From the NCBI GenBank assembly GCA_944350325.1, contig CALVOS010000030.1, forward strand, positions 1-40,725: a stretch of DNA of 40,725 nucleotides. Direction: 5' to 3'. Both the position numbers and the translations under genes were made by a program. The notes below the pieces were generated by a model that worked only from the letters and a program-made list of their open reading frames with translations, had not been told where the DNA came from and ran no database searches. Numbering within the stretch: the first letter of the stretch is position 1; each line of letters starts with the position of its first letter. This stretch comes from an uncultured Bacilli bacterium (lineage in GTDB: Bacteria; Bacillota_I; Bacilli_A; RFN20; CAG-826). Positions 1-8,892 of the stretch are shown here, piece by piece.

Positions 1-408
1 GTTCTCAAGCCGAACCCGTCCCCCTTCCTTGTCCCCAAGCGCCTTCTCAAGACTCCTGATCTCTTCCTCGGAGAGAGGGCGGACGCTATGGACGATACCT
101 CTCCTCGTCCCGTTCTTCTTATCAAGAAGCGAGAGATATCCCTCGCAAACCTCGGGCAAAAGGGAGATTTTCCTCTTCTTTGCCAAAAGAAGGAGCAAGG
201 AGAGGAGATGACTCTCCTTTATAGGGGAAAACGCCTTCCTGGCAAGGGACAGGCGTTCTTCCCCCTCCACGCGCGGAGACATGAGGACCTCGCGGAGTCC
301 AGGGGTGCCCTGGAGGATGTCGAGCGAAAGCCGGAGCTCGCCCTCAATGTCCTTCCCTTCCTCCAGAAGGAAGAGGGCCTCCCCATAGGACTTCCCGAGG
401 TCAGCCAT
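1..408 (-). CDS. atpH: F-type ATP synthase delta subunit, 3'-truncated by the window edge
   Basis: Manual translation from the ATG at 408, which overlaps the atpF end: MADLGKSYGEALFLLE...LMSPRVEGEERLSLARKAF...GIVHSVRPLSEEEIRSLEKAL. Open to base 1, in the canonical position after atpF. Missing from the ORF track because there is no stop in the window. Confidence 0.85.
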   Translation of the reverse strand, partial: MADLGKSYGEALFLLEEGKDIEGELRLSLDILQGTPGLREVLMSPRVEGEERLSLARKAFSPIKESHLLSLLLLLAKKRKISLLPEVCEGYLSLLDKKNGTRRGIVHSVRPLSEEEIRSLEKALGDKEGGRVRLEN

Positions 409-949
409 CCTTCCGCTCCCCCTGGATTTCCTTCGCGAAGCCCTCGAGGAGCGCGCGGTCCCTTTCCTCGTCCATCTTCTCCCCCAGGAGCTTCTCGGAC
501 ATGTGGAGGGCAAGGTCGACCGTCTCGTCCCGGAGGCGCGCGCGGGAGCGCTCCTCCTCCTGGCGGATCCTCTCCATCTCGCCCTTCTCGCGCCTTGCTA
601 TGTCATCCTCGGCGAGAAGCACCCGTTCCTCGCGGATCCTCTCCCCCTCGCGTTCCGAGGCCTTGAGGATTTCCGAGGAGCGCCTCTCGGCCTCGGAGAC
701 GATGTCCCTTGTCTCTTCTTCCCGACGTCTCCCTTCCGCAAGGAGCCTCTCGCCTTCCTCGCGCTCGCCCCTCATCTTCGCCCGGCGCGCGTCCACCAGC
801 CTCCGGAGAGGCTTGTAGGCGATGAAATAGAGCACGACGAAGAAGACGATGAGCGCCAGGAGGTTGATCAGGAGGCTCCAGAAGTTCGGGATGAGCTTGT
901 TGAGGAAATCCTCCGGGGTGAACGGCGTGTCGTTGACGAAGAGCGTCAT
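401..949 (-). CDS. atpF: F-type ATP synthase subunit b
   Basis: One N-terminal TM helix, YKPLRRLVDARR motif, long charged coiled coil; SD AGGAGAGG; operon position. Confidence 0.92.
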   Translation of the reverse strand: MTLFVNDTPFTPEDFLNKLIPNFWSLLINLLALIVFFVVLYFIAYKPLRRLVDARRAKMRGEREEGERLLAEGRRREEETRDIVSEAERRSSEILKASEREGERIREERVLLAEDDIARREKGEMERIRQEEERSRARLRDETVDLALHMSEKLLGEKMDEERDRALLEGFAKEIQGERKDG

Positions 950-958
950 CCGCCTCTC

Positions 959-1201
959 CTAAGCGCGGCCGCCGAGGACGAAGAGGATGAGGATGGCCAT
1001 GATCAGGCAGTAGATGGCGGTCGACTCGTCGAGGGCGACGGCGATCATCATCGAGGACTGCAGCTTCTTCTGCATGTCGGGGTTCCTCGCCATGCCGTCG
1101 AGGGCATGGGCGCAGATGATTCCTTCCCCGATGGCGGAGAGGCAGCCGAACGCCACGCAGATCGAGCAGGCGATGGCGATGAGTCCGAGATTGATGTCCA
1201 T
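959..1201 (-). CDS. atpE: F-type ATP synthase subunit c, with Na+-type ligand pattern
   Basis: 80-aa helical hairpin with ARNP loop, E26 and E59-S60-T61-x-x-Y64; SD AAGGAGG. Confidence 0.95.
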   Translation of the reverse strand: MDINLGLIAIACSICVAFGCLSAIGEGIICAHALDGMARNPDMQKKLQSSMMIAVALDESTAIYCLIMAILILFVLGGRA

Positions 1202-1234
1202 GGTGTTACCTCCTTACCTCAATCATTGGATAGC

Positions 1235-2077
1235 CTAGGAAACTTGCGGAGCCGGGCGAACCCCGAGGACGGGGATCTCCTCCTCCGGCTGCGGCACCTC
1301 CGCCCCAATCCACAGGGCGTTGAGGTTCACGAATACGAGCGTCTGGACGTAGCCGCTGAAGAGGCTGAAGTAAAGGTTCAGCACCCCCATCGCAAAGGGG
1401 GCGAGGAAGATCTCGGTCCAGACGTAGCTCTGGTTCTGGTCCCAGAAGGGCTGGTAGTTCACGTGCGCGGCCTCCGTCAGGCCGCCGACAAGGTCGAGGA
1501 GTCCGCCCGAGGCGGCGCCGAGCGCCCACTGGACGAGAGCGATGATGACCGTCCCGGCGAGGCAATTCCCCAGCATCCTCATCGTCGTGGAGATGATGGG
1601 GGTCCAGCAGGTGATGAGGTTGATGGGGAGCCAGATCTTGATGGGCTCGACGTAGCGATGGAAGTACCCCCAGCGATTCGTTCGGATGCCCTGGTACTGG
1701 ATGAGGACGAACATCACGAGGGCCAGGGAAAGGGGCGCGGCGATCCAGTCGACGATGGTCGGCAGCCCGAGCAGCCCCCAGTTGAAGGCGACGAAGAGAT
1801 AGCAGGTCAGCCCGAAAAGGTAAGGCTCCCACTTCCTTCCGTACTCATCCCCCATCCTTTCGGCGGAGAAGCCCTCGATTCCCTCGAGGAGCCATGTTCC
1901 GAGGAGAAGCACCCCATGCTCGGCCTTCTCGAAACTCTCCTCCTTGAGCGCCCTATGCGCCTTATAGCCAACGATTCCCCCGAGGATGAGGACGAGCAGC
2001 ATGCAGAGGAGAGAGCTATACAGGTTCGCGTCTAGGTTCCAGTCCATCATGGACGCGACCCGTTCCTCGAAGGTCAT
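1235..2077 (-). CDS. atpB: F-type ATP synthase subunit a
   Basis: Multi-TM protein with ISTTMRMLGNCLAG (essential Arg) and SGYVQTLVF. Start placed at ATG 2077, an ATGA overlap with the upstream stop; the longer track ORF is an upstream extension. Confidence 0.92.
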   Translation of the reverse strand: MTFEERVASMMDWNLDANLYSSLLCMLLVLILGGIVGYKAHRALKEESFEKAEHGVLLLGTWLLEGIEGFSAERMGDEYGRKWEPYLFGLTCYLFVAFNWGLLGLPTIVDWIAAPLSLALVMFVLIQYQGIRTNRWGYFHRYVEPIKIWLPINLITCWTPIISTTMRMLGNCLAGTVIIALVQWALGAASGGLLDLVGGLTEAAHVNYQPFWDQNQSYVWTEIFLAPFAMGVLNLYFSLFSGYVQTLVFVNLNALWIGAEVPQPEEEIPVLGVRPAPQVS

Positions 2078-2574
2078 TCCTTCACCTCCGAGCTCGGCTC
2101 GTCCTTCTTCTCGGGAGAAGCTCCCTTCTGCGCTTTGCGGAAGATCCTCCCTCCCTTGCCCTCGAGGTAGTGCATGAGCCAGGTAACGATGGGGAAGGGC
2201 AGGATCGCGACGAAGCAGGTGTAGAAGGAGAAGGCGTCGAATCCCCCGAACCAGTCCGGCCGGAAGGTGCAGATGGCGCTGACGAGGAGGACGGCGGCGA
2301 AAAGCACGAAGCGGAGCGAGGCCCCGAGGTAGACGCTCAGGACCCCCTTCCCGTCCTTCCCGAGAGAGGAGACCATCGCCCTCATGGAAAGGAAGCCGAG
2401 GATCTCGGCGAGGGACCCTAGGAGCCATCCGAGCGGGTAGACCCCATAGCTCCCGTTCTCGTCATGGAGCAGGAAGAGGGGGGTCAGCAAAAGGAAGCCG
2501 AAGACAGCGATCGCAAGAAGGATCCGGAATGTCTTTCCTCCCGCGTCCAGCTCTTTCCACTTCTTCCAGCGCAT
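2074..2574 (-). CDS. AtpI-like 4-TM membrane protein, first gene of the atp operon
   Basis: About four hydrophobic helices and SLRFVLFAAVL; directly upstream of atpB. Start MRWKKW at 2574 is preceded by TAAAAT at 7 nt. Confidence 0.65.
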   Translation of the reverse strand: MRWKKWKELDAGGKTFRILLAIAVFGFLLLTPLFLLHDENGSYGVYPLGWLLGSLAEILGFLSMRAMVSSLGKDGKGVLSVYLGASLRFVLFAAVLLVSAICTFRPDWFGGFDAFSFYTCFVAILPFPIVTWLMHYLEGKGGRIFRKAQKGASPEKKDEPSSEVKE

Positions 2575-2618
2575 CGACGGAATTTTACCCCGAAGTAGGT
2601 CCCAGGGCATAGTAAATG

Positions 2619-2655
2619 TGTAAGCGCTTGCACAGCAGATGGATGCTGATACAAT
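2619..2655 (+). promoter_or_regulatory. cre-like/LacI-family palindrome (2619-2632) overlapping a sigma-A-type promoter of the kinase gene
   Basis: TGTAAGCGCTTGCA is a near-perfect palindrome; TTGCAC (2628-2633), 16-nt spacer, TACAAT (2650-2655); SD AGGAGGT downstream. Confidence 0.6.
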
Positions 2656-2684
2656 CAAAACCCGCCCCAAAGAGGAGGTTTTCG

Positions 2685-4337
2685 ATGCCCTTCAACGTCA
2701 CAATCAACGGAATCACATCTAGAATCGAGAAAAAGACATCGCTTTTGTCGCTGCTTTCCAAGGAGGACCGGGAGGCGAAGAGGTTTGTCGCCGCGAAGGT
2801 GAATAACCGGGTCCGCAATCTGGACTACGAGGTCTACTACGACGCGGACGTCGAGTTCCTCGACTGCTCCTCGATCGAGGCGATGAAGATCTACGAGGCC
2901 TCCCTCCGCTACCTCGTGGCGATGGCCTTCCATAACGTCTACCCGGATCTTCCCATCCGCTTCGCCTATAACGTCTCCCGGAGCATATCCATCCATCTCC
3001 TCGACCCGAAGGCGAAGGCGAACACGAACATGTACATCCGCATCAGCCAGGAGCTGGAGCGCCTCGTCGCGCAGGACCTCCCCTTCGAGCGCATCGTCGT
3101 CCCGAACGAGGAGGCCGAGAAGATCTACGAGCGCTGCGGCTTCGAGGACAAGAAGGCCCTGCTCCGCTACCGCCCCGAGAAGACGGTCCACTTCTATCGC
3201 TGCGGGGACTACCTCAACTACATGTACAGCCACCTCGTCCCGTCCACCGGCTACCTCAAGGAGTACAAGCTCCGTCTCTACGCGCCGGGCTTCATGCTCC
3301 AGTACCCGCGCGCGGAATGCGGGGGCAAGATCCCCGAGTTCGAGGACGCCCCGACCTTCATGAGGACCCTCAAGGAATCCCATGACTGGGCAAAGATCAT
3401 TTCCGCGGACACGGTCGCGAAGATCAACGGCAAGATCGAGACCGCCGGGCCCGTGGAGTTCATCAATCTCTGCGAGGCCCGCCATAACAGGATGCTCTGC
3501 GAGCTCGGGCAGCTCATCGAGGACGACATCGACGACATCCGCCTCATCTGCATCGCCGGGCCCTCCTCCTCCGGGAAGACGACGTTCGCCAACCGCCTGA
3601 GGATTGAGCTCCTCTCCCGGGGCATCTCCCCCATCCGCATCTCCATCGACGACTACTACCTCCCCCGCGAGGCGGCGCCCCTGGGGCCGGACGGGAAGCC
3701 GGACCTCGAGAACATCGCGGCGCTCGACATCGAGCGCTTCAACGAGGACATGCTCGCCCTCATCTCCGGCGAGGAGGTCGACCTCCCGCGCTTCGACTTC
3801 GCCATCGGGAAGCAGGTGTTCGGGCGCAGGCTCCGGGTCGGGTCGAGCCAGCCCATCATCATCGAGGGGATCCACGCGCTCAACGACACGCTCACTCCCT
3901 CCATCCCCAAGAGCGACAAGTTCAAGATCTTCATCTCCCCCCAGGCCCAGATCAACCTCGACGACCATAACCCCGTCTCCCTGACGGACCTCCGCCTCCT
4001 CCGCCGCCTCGTCCGGGACCGGAAGTTCCGGAACGCCCCCGCCGAGGAGACCTTCTCGATGTGGCCGAGCGTGCGCGCCGGCGAGTTCCGCTGGATCTAC
4101 GCGCATCAGGAGAAGGCGGACTTCGTCTATAACTCCTACCTACCCTACGAGCTTCCGGTGATGAAGAAGTACGCGATGCCGCTACTGCTGGCGATCGACA
4201 AGGAAAGCCCCCACTTCATGGTGGCCCAGCGCCTGATCCGCATGCTCAAGTACTTCCTCGACCTCGAGGACGACTGGGTCCCGAGCAACTCCCTCATGAG
4301 GGAGTTCATCGGGGGATCCTGCTACAAGGACGTCTGA
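2685..4337 (+). CDS. Nucleoside/uridine kinase family protein with N-terminal TGS/ThrRS-like domains
   Basis: N-terminal AAKVNN (TGS-like); P-loop IAGPSSSGKTT, ISIDDYY, IIIEGIHALN, RLLRRLVRD. Start at ATG 2685 after SD GAGGAGG. Confidence 0.88.
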   Translation: MPFNVTINGITSRIEKKTSLLSLLSKEDREAKRFVAAKVNNRVRNLDYEVYYDADVEFLDCSSIEAMKIYEASLRYLVAMAFHNVYPDLPIRFAYNVSRSISIHLLDPKAKANTNMYIRISQELERLVAQDLPFERIVVPNEEAEKIYERCGFEDKKALLRYRPEKTVHFYRCGDYLNYMYSHLVPSTGYLKEYKLRLYAPGFMLQYPRAECGGKIPEFEDAPTFMRTLKESHDWAKIISADTVAKINGKIETAGPVEFINLCEARHNRMLCELGQLIEDDIDDIRLICIAGPSSSGKTTFANRLRIELLSRGISPIRISIDDYYLPREAAPLGPDGKPDLENIAALDIERFNEDMLALISGEEVDLPRFDFAIGKQVFGRRLRVGSSQPIIIEGIHALNDTLTPSIPKSDKFKIFISPQAQINLDDHNPVSLTDLRLLRRLVRDRKFRNAPAEETFSMWPSVRAGEFRWIYAHQEKADFVYNSYLPYELPVMKKYAMPLLLAIDKESPHFMVAQRLIRMLKYFLDLEDDWVPSNSLMREFIGGSCYKDV

Positions 4338-4343
4338 GAAAGC

Positions 4344-4373
4344 AAAGGGGGCGCCTTAGCTGGCGTCCCCTTT
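4344..4373. terminator. Probable bidirectional intrinsic terminator between convergent genes
   Basis: AAAGGGGGCGCC-TTAGCT-GGCGTCCCCTTT hairpin overlapping the stop of the minus-strand gene. Confidence 0.6.
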
Positions 4374-5477
4374 CTTGCTCCTTCGCCGGGCTTCCTCGGC
4401 GACGTATTTCTCCACGGCCAGGAGCTCCGAGCGGTATAGCCCCCGCATCGCGAGGTAGCGCTCCCGCTCCGCTTCCCCGACCTGGGGGAGGTAAAGCCCC
4501 GAGAACACTTTCTCGAGCCGGAAGAAGGAGGAGTAGAGGTTCAGGAGCGCCTTGATGAAGAAGTAGCTCTTGCTCGAGTAGATGAGAAGCGGGGAGCTAT
4601 GGGCGATCTCGCTGCTCGTCTCGTACTCCTTCCGGAGGGAGCCCAGGCCCGCGAGGCGCTCCACGCCGTCCCGGAAGTTCAGCTTGAACCCCTCATCCTC
4701 CTTCGCGAACGGGAGGTCCATCATCCAGCCGTACTCGATGAAGCGCTTCATGTCCTTGCTTTTCAGCCCGTGGGCCCTCATCCCTTCCTTGATGGACTGG
4801 AAGACGCTGTCGGTCTCGTCCTTATCCTTGATCTCGCCCCGGAAGGCGAGGGCGTAGCGCATGTGCCGGAGATAGCTGTCGAGGGCGTCCTTCCCTCCCT
4901 TGAGGAGAACGAGGAGCACGCACTCGTTCTCATGGAGGGTCCTCCACGTCGAGAAGGCCTCCGTCTCAAAGCCGGATGTCAGGAGGACGAGGACGCACCT
5001 CGCCATCGAGAAGGCCTTCACCAGCATGTCGACGACGAGGGTCTCGCGCGGGTCCCCCTGCTTGTAGCGCTGGAGCATCCCCAGCAGGAAGGAGAGGTAG
5101 AGGCTCAGCGTGCTGATCTCAGGACGGAAGCGGTTGCTGAAGGTGCTCTCCTTCGGGGAGAGGCGCTCGATGGTCAAATACTTGTCGAGGGAGATCGAGA
5201 CCAGAAGGCTCTGGTAGCGCTCGTCCTTCGTCAGATCGTCCTCCTTCTGCTCGGGATGGGCCTTCAGATAGAAGTCATGCTCGTTCAGGAGATAGAGGCT
5301 CAAAAGAAGCGGGTTGGGAGGAGTGCCCCCGAGGGCGTTCGTCTTCCCGTCCATCTCCTTCGCCGCTGCAAGCCCGGCCTTGAGGCATTCGAACAGAAAG
5401 GCGGCGTCATGCTTCCCCACGCCTGGCTGGCCTTCGACCAGGACGAGGAAGCGCTGGAACATCTCCTTCTCTTCCAT
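4356..5477 (-). CDS. DUF5677-like hypothetical protein
   Basis: Motifs EAFSTWRTLHENE, IEYGWM, YETSSEIAHSS. Start MEEKEMF at 5477 is preceded by TATACT at 6 nt. Confidence 0.6.
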   Translation of the reverse strand: MEEKEMFQRFLVLVEGQPGVGKHDAAFLFECLKAGLAAAKEMDGKTNALGGTPPNPLLLSLYLLNEHDFYLKAHPEQKEDDLTKDERYQSLLVSISLDKYLTIERLSPKESTFSNRFRPEISTLSLYLSFLLGMLQRYKQGDPRETLVVDMLVKAFSMARCVLVLLTSGFETEAFSTWRTLHENECVLLVLLKGGKDALDSYLRHMRYALAFRGEIKDKDETDSVFQSIKEGMRAHGLKSKDMKRFIEYGWMMDLPFAKEDEGFKLNFRDGVERLAGLGSLRKEYETSSEIAHSSPLLIYSSKSYFFIKALLNLYSSFFRLEKVFSGLYLPQVGEAERERYLAMRGLYRSELLAVEKYVAEEARRRSKKGDAS

Positions 5478-5493
5478 GCGTAGAGTATATGCC

Positions 5494-8400
5494 TCACTCA
5501 GACGCTCCGCCCGGAGGAACTTCCTCCGGAACCTCCCGCCACTTCCGGGAATCAAGGAGGCTCAGGAGATAGCAGCGCACCTTCCTAAGTTCCGGGAAGG
5601 CCAGGCGGAGATGCTCCCGATATGCGTTCAGTTGCGCGTCGTAGAGGGGGTCCTCGATGGAGTAGGTCTTGTAATCGACGATGATGGCCTCATCGCCCCT
5701 CATCGCGACAAGATCCATCCTCCCGCTCGAACCGCTCTCCTCGTCGACATAGGGATATTCCTTCAAAACTCTGTCAAATTGTTGGATTTCCCTCATCAAT
5801 GGGCAATCAAGTACCCTTTTTACGGCGTTAGCAAGGTCGAAGGAGCCTCCATCGCCCTTGGACAAGCAGGACGAAGGAATCCCGCGTTTGATGTCTGAAA
5901 TCTCAAGCGCGCGATGGATCTTCGTCCCGAAGAGAAGGCGCGAGGGCTCCGGTGCCTCCCCGAGGGGCTTGCTGGGACGTGGCCTGGGAGGTTCCCTCAT
6001 GCCAAGGTCGACGTCCTTAAGCTCCTCCAGCTTGACGGCGATCTCGCGTTCGCCGCTTGGGGCCATGGGCTGGTAAGGGGAAGAAGGATAAAGAAGCCGC
6101 GCCTTTGGCAGTTCGAATCCTCGGCTCCCGTCCTTGCGGATCGAGGAGGCAAGGAGCATGTCGGCGAAGGAGGCGATCTTGCGGACGGAGACCTTGCTCT
6201 CGCCCTCCCTGTCCTTTGTCTCAAGCGCGATGTAGTGCCCCGAGCGGCCAAGAAGCTTCGGGAGCCCGTCCTCGCCGTCCAGGACGAACGAGCAGGTCCT
6301 CTCCGCACGGGTAATCGCGACGTAGAAGAGGCGCAGGAGCTCGCTTAGTCCCTCGCGGGAATTCTCCGCGTGTCCCAGGACTTGGTTGAGAGGAGCCCTC
6401 GTCCCGGGATACTCCATGTCCTTGAGGTAGAGAAGATGCCTGTGGTCGGCCAAGGATGTATCCGGCTTAGCCTTCTTCCACTCAAGCTCAGGAAGATAGA
6501 CATAGGTGAACTCGAGCCCCTTCGAGGCATGGATCGTCATCAGCTTCACCGCGTCCGAATCCGCCTTGTCGGAAGGAAGGACGAGGCTCTCCTCATTCCT
6601 CGAGTCGCGCATGAAGTGGCAGAAGTCGATGAAGGTGCGAGAGAGGGCGCCCATCGTCGAGGCGTAGTTCCGAAGAGCGAGGAGCTTCCGGTAGTTGACC
6701 TTGATGTCCCCGAGGAATTCGATGTCCTCGAACAGATGGAACTCTTCGATCGCCTTCTCGAGCCCGGCGGAAGGAGAGAGCTCGCGCGTCTTCTTCCAAA
6801 GCTCCCGAACCCGTTCCATCAGCGGGGAGCGGAGCCAGTCCCCCCTGAGGACATCCAGGAGAGCCTCGTCATCGGAAAGGAGGCGGATCTTTCCGCTCCC
6901 ATGGTCCTTGATCGAAAGGTACGAGCGCCACAAGGAGGCGAAGGGATGCTTCATCCCCTCGGCGATTGCCTTCTTCTCGTTTTCAGGCGCCCGGGAGAGA
7001 TCCTCGAGGGAGGCAAGGAGGCTAAGGAGAGAGGACACGCTCATGACAAGGTCCTGCGAGTTGAGCTCGGTCTCCGACGTCATCGCCACGGGGATCCTCA
7101 GCCGGGAGAGAGCCTCGCGGTACAAAAGGAAGTTGTTCTTCGTGCGGAGAAGGATCGCGAAATCCCCCGGGCTATGAAGGGCATTTCCTTCCTCGTCCTT
7201 CTCCTGGAGCCTCCGCGCGATCTCCGAGGCGACGTAGCGGGCCCGCCGCTCCGCCTTGGAAAGCCCGTTGTCCTCCTTATCGCCATGCCCGCCGTCCTTG
7301 GGAGGGTCCGGGACAAGGAGCAGCTCGTAACCAGGCTCGCCCACGCTGGCGCGTGCGGCCTTCATCGCCTGGCTCGCGTCATAGTCGACGCCGCCAAGAG
7401 ATCGCTCCATGATTGCGCCGAAGATGGCGTTCACCCCAGAAATCACCTCCGGGGTGCTACGGTAGTTGGTGGGCATCGAAATCACTTCGCTTCCGGCGCC
7501 AATTTCTCGGTATTCCATTTCCCTTGCCACGAAAAGGTCGGGATTCGCCTTGCGGAAGCGGTAGATGGACTGCTTGACGTCCCCCACCATGAAGAGGCTG
7601 CAGCCGGGGCAGATCGAACGAAGGCGGTCGACAAGGAGGTACTGGAGGTCGTTGTTGTCCTGGCACTCGTCCACGAGAATGTGGCGGTAGCCGCTCTTTC
7701 CCAGCTCCTCCCTGGCACGCGGGAGCTCGAGGGCGCGAAGGGCGAGACGGAAGATGTCCCCGAATCCAAAGACGCCGTTCCTCCGCTTGTACTCGTCCAT
7801 CTTCCTCCAAAGGCCGAGAGCGATCTCGGAAAGCATCTCCGCATAGGGGGCAAGGCGGTTCGCGAAGTCCTCGCGGACGATCGTCTCCGCGGACTTCATG
7901 GATTCGGAGCTCTTCCCGCTCTTCGTCCAACACCGGTAGGCCTTTGCGTTCACAAGATCCTTCGCCTTGCTCCTCCATGCCTTGGCAAGCTCCGCCTCCT
8001 TGGGAAGGGCAAGGGCGCCTTTCGCGTGAGGGAAGCTGAGCGCGCTGAGCGCATCGAAGGGAGAGGCTCCTGGAGGAAGAGTTCTGAGAGCGAGCTCAAG
8101 AGAGTCGAGGGCCTCCTCGTCCTTCCGCGCGAGCTCCGGGTTCCCGACTTCCTCGAGGTCATAAAGGGAGACCATGTCCTTGGCTTCTTCGATGGACGAG
8201 AGCAGGTTCTTCCGGAGAAGCTCGAATTCCTCGCGGAGGAAGGCTTCCCCCCTCATCCTCCCGGCCAGGGAGGAAATCCATCCTTCGGGGTCCTCGCTCC
8301 GGTCGGCAGCGGAAAGGATGTCCTTGACGGCCGCTCTTAGGGGATCGTCCGTTCGATGGCAGTAGTTCCTGAGGTACTGGTAGAGGAGGCGGTCTTTCTC

Positions 8401-8892
8401 GGGAAGGGGACGGTCCCCTTCCAGTTCCTTGAGAATTCCCTCATATCGTTCCTCGAGAATGCTCTCGAGGAAATCGCTCTCCGTCCCGGATAGGACGGAC
8501 TCGTCCCCGATCGAAAGGTTCGGGGAAAGCCCGAGGAGCGGACGGTAGCGCTTCACGAGGTCGAGGGCGAAGGCGTCAAACGTGGTCACATCCGCGGAAT
8601 CAAGCTGATGCTCCAGTTCCCGGAAGCCGGGATTCTCCGCGGACCTTTCGCGGAAAGCCGACCGGATCTTGTTCTTCATGCTCGCGGCCGCGGCGTTCGT
8701 GAACGTCAGCACCAGGAGCTCCGAAAGCTCAGCCCTTCCTTCCCTGGAGGGATCGACGAGCCGCGAGATCCTCGACTGCAGGACGAAGGTCTTCCCCGAC
8801 CCTGCGCCTGCGGAAAGGAGTATCTCCCGGGCGTCGCTTCCGATCGCCCTTTCCTGCTGCGGGTTCGGCCTGTCCTTCTTTCCCTCAGGCAT
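5494..8892 (-). CDS. addA: AddA-type UvrD helicase-nuclease
   Basis: Q-motif NPQQERAI, SAGAGSGKT, LTFTNAAA, LVDECQD, VGDVKQSIYRFR, NYRS, MTIHASKGLEF, YVAITRA; C-terminal RecB-type nuclease GRMDL...IVDYKT. Confidence 0.92.
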   Translation of the reverse strand: MPEGKKDRPNPQQERAIGSDAREILLSAGAGSGKTFVLQSRISRLVDPSREGRAELSELLVLTFTNAAAASMKNKIRSAFRERSAENPGFRELEHQLDSADVTTFDAFALDLVKRYRPLLGLSPNLSIGDESVLSGTESDFLESILEERYEGILKELEGDRPLPEKDRLLYQYLRNYCHRTDDPLRAAVKDILSAADRSEDPEGWISSLAGRMRGEAFLREEFELLRKNLLSSIEEAKDMVSLYDLEEVGNPELARKDEEALDSLELALRTLPPGASPFDALSALSFPHAKGALALPKEAELAKAWRSKAKDLVNAKAYRCWTKSGKSSESMKSAETIVREDFANRLAPYAEMLSEIALGLWRKMDEYKRRNGVFGFGDIFRLALRALELPRAREELGKSGYRHILVDECQDNNDLQYLLVDRLRSICPGCSLFMVGDVKQSIYRFRKANPDLFVAREMEYREIGAGSEVISMPTNYRSTPEVISGVNAIFGAIMERSLGGVDYDASQAMKAARASVGEPGYELLLVPDPPKDGGHGDKEDNGLSKAERRARYVASEIARRLQEKDEEGNALHSPGDFAILLRTKNNFLLYREALSRLRIPVAMTSETELNSQDLVMSVSSLLSLLASLEDLSRAPENEKKAIAEGMKHPFASLWRSYLSIKDHGSGKIRLLSDDEALLDVLRGDWLRSPLMERVRELWKKTRELSPSAGLEKAIEEFHLFEDIEFLGDIKVNYRKLLALRNYASTMGALSRTFIDFCHFMRDSRNEESLVLPSDKADSDAVKLMTIHASKGLEFTYVYLPELEWKKAKPDTSLADHRHLLYLKDMEYPGTRAPLNQVLGHAENSREGLSELLRLFYVAITRAERTCSFVLDGEDGLPKLLGRSGHYIALETKDREGESKVSVRKIASFADMLLASSIRKDGSRGFELPKARLLYPSSPYQPMAPSGEREIAVKLEELKDVDLGMREPPRPRPSKPLGEAPEPSRLLFGTKIHRALEISDIKRGIPSSCLSKGDGGSFDLANAVKRVLDCPLMREIQQFDRVLKEYPYVDEESGSSGRMDLVAMRGDEAIIVDYKTYSIEDPLYDAQLNAYREHLRLAFPELRKVRCYLLSLLDSRKWREVPEEVPPGGASE

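Noticed and set aside
503-2035. 510-aa plus-strand ORF and similar long antisense ORFs (2655-4106, 6370-8340, 13945-15363, 28730-30181, 37174-39369)
   Set aside because: They lie antisense to well-supported genes and show no motifs; stop-poor shadow frames are expected with high-GC codon bias.
2078-2428. N-terminal extensions in track ORFs for atpB, also the large protein (to 18258), CPBP (from 17329), TraX (from 18662) and DUF3737 (to 36907)
   Set aside because: The extensions overlap other real genes or tRNAs; better internal starts have SD sites, ATGA coupling or -10 boxes.
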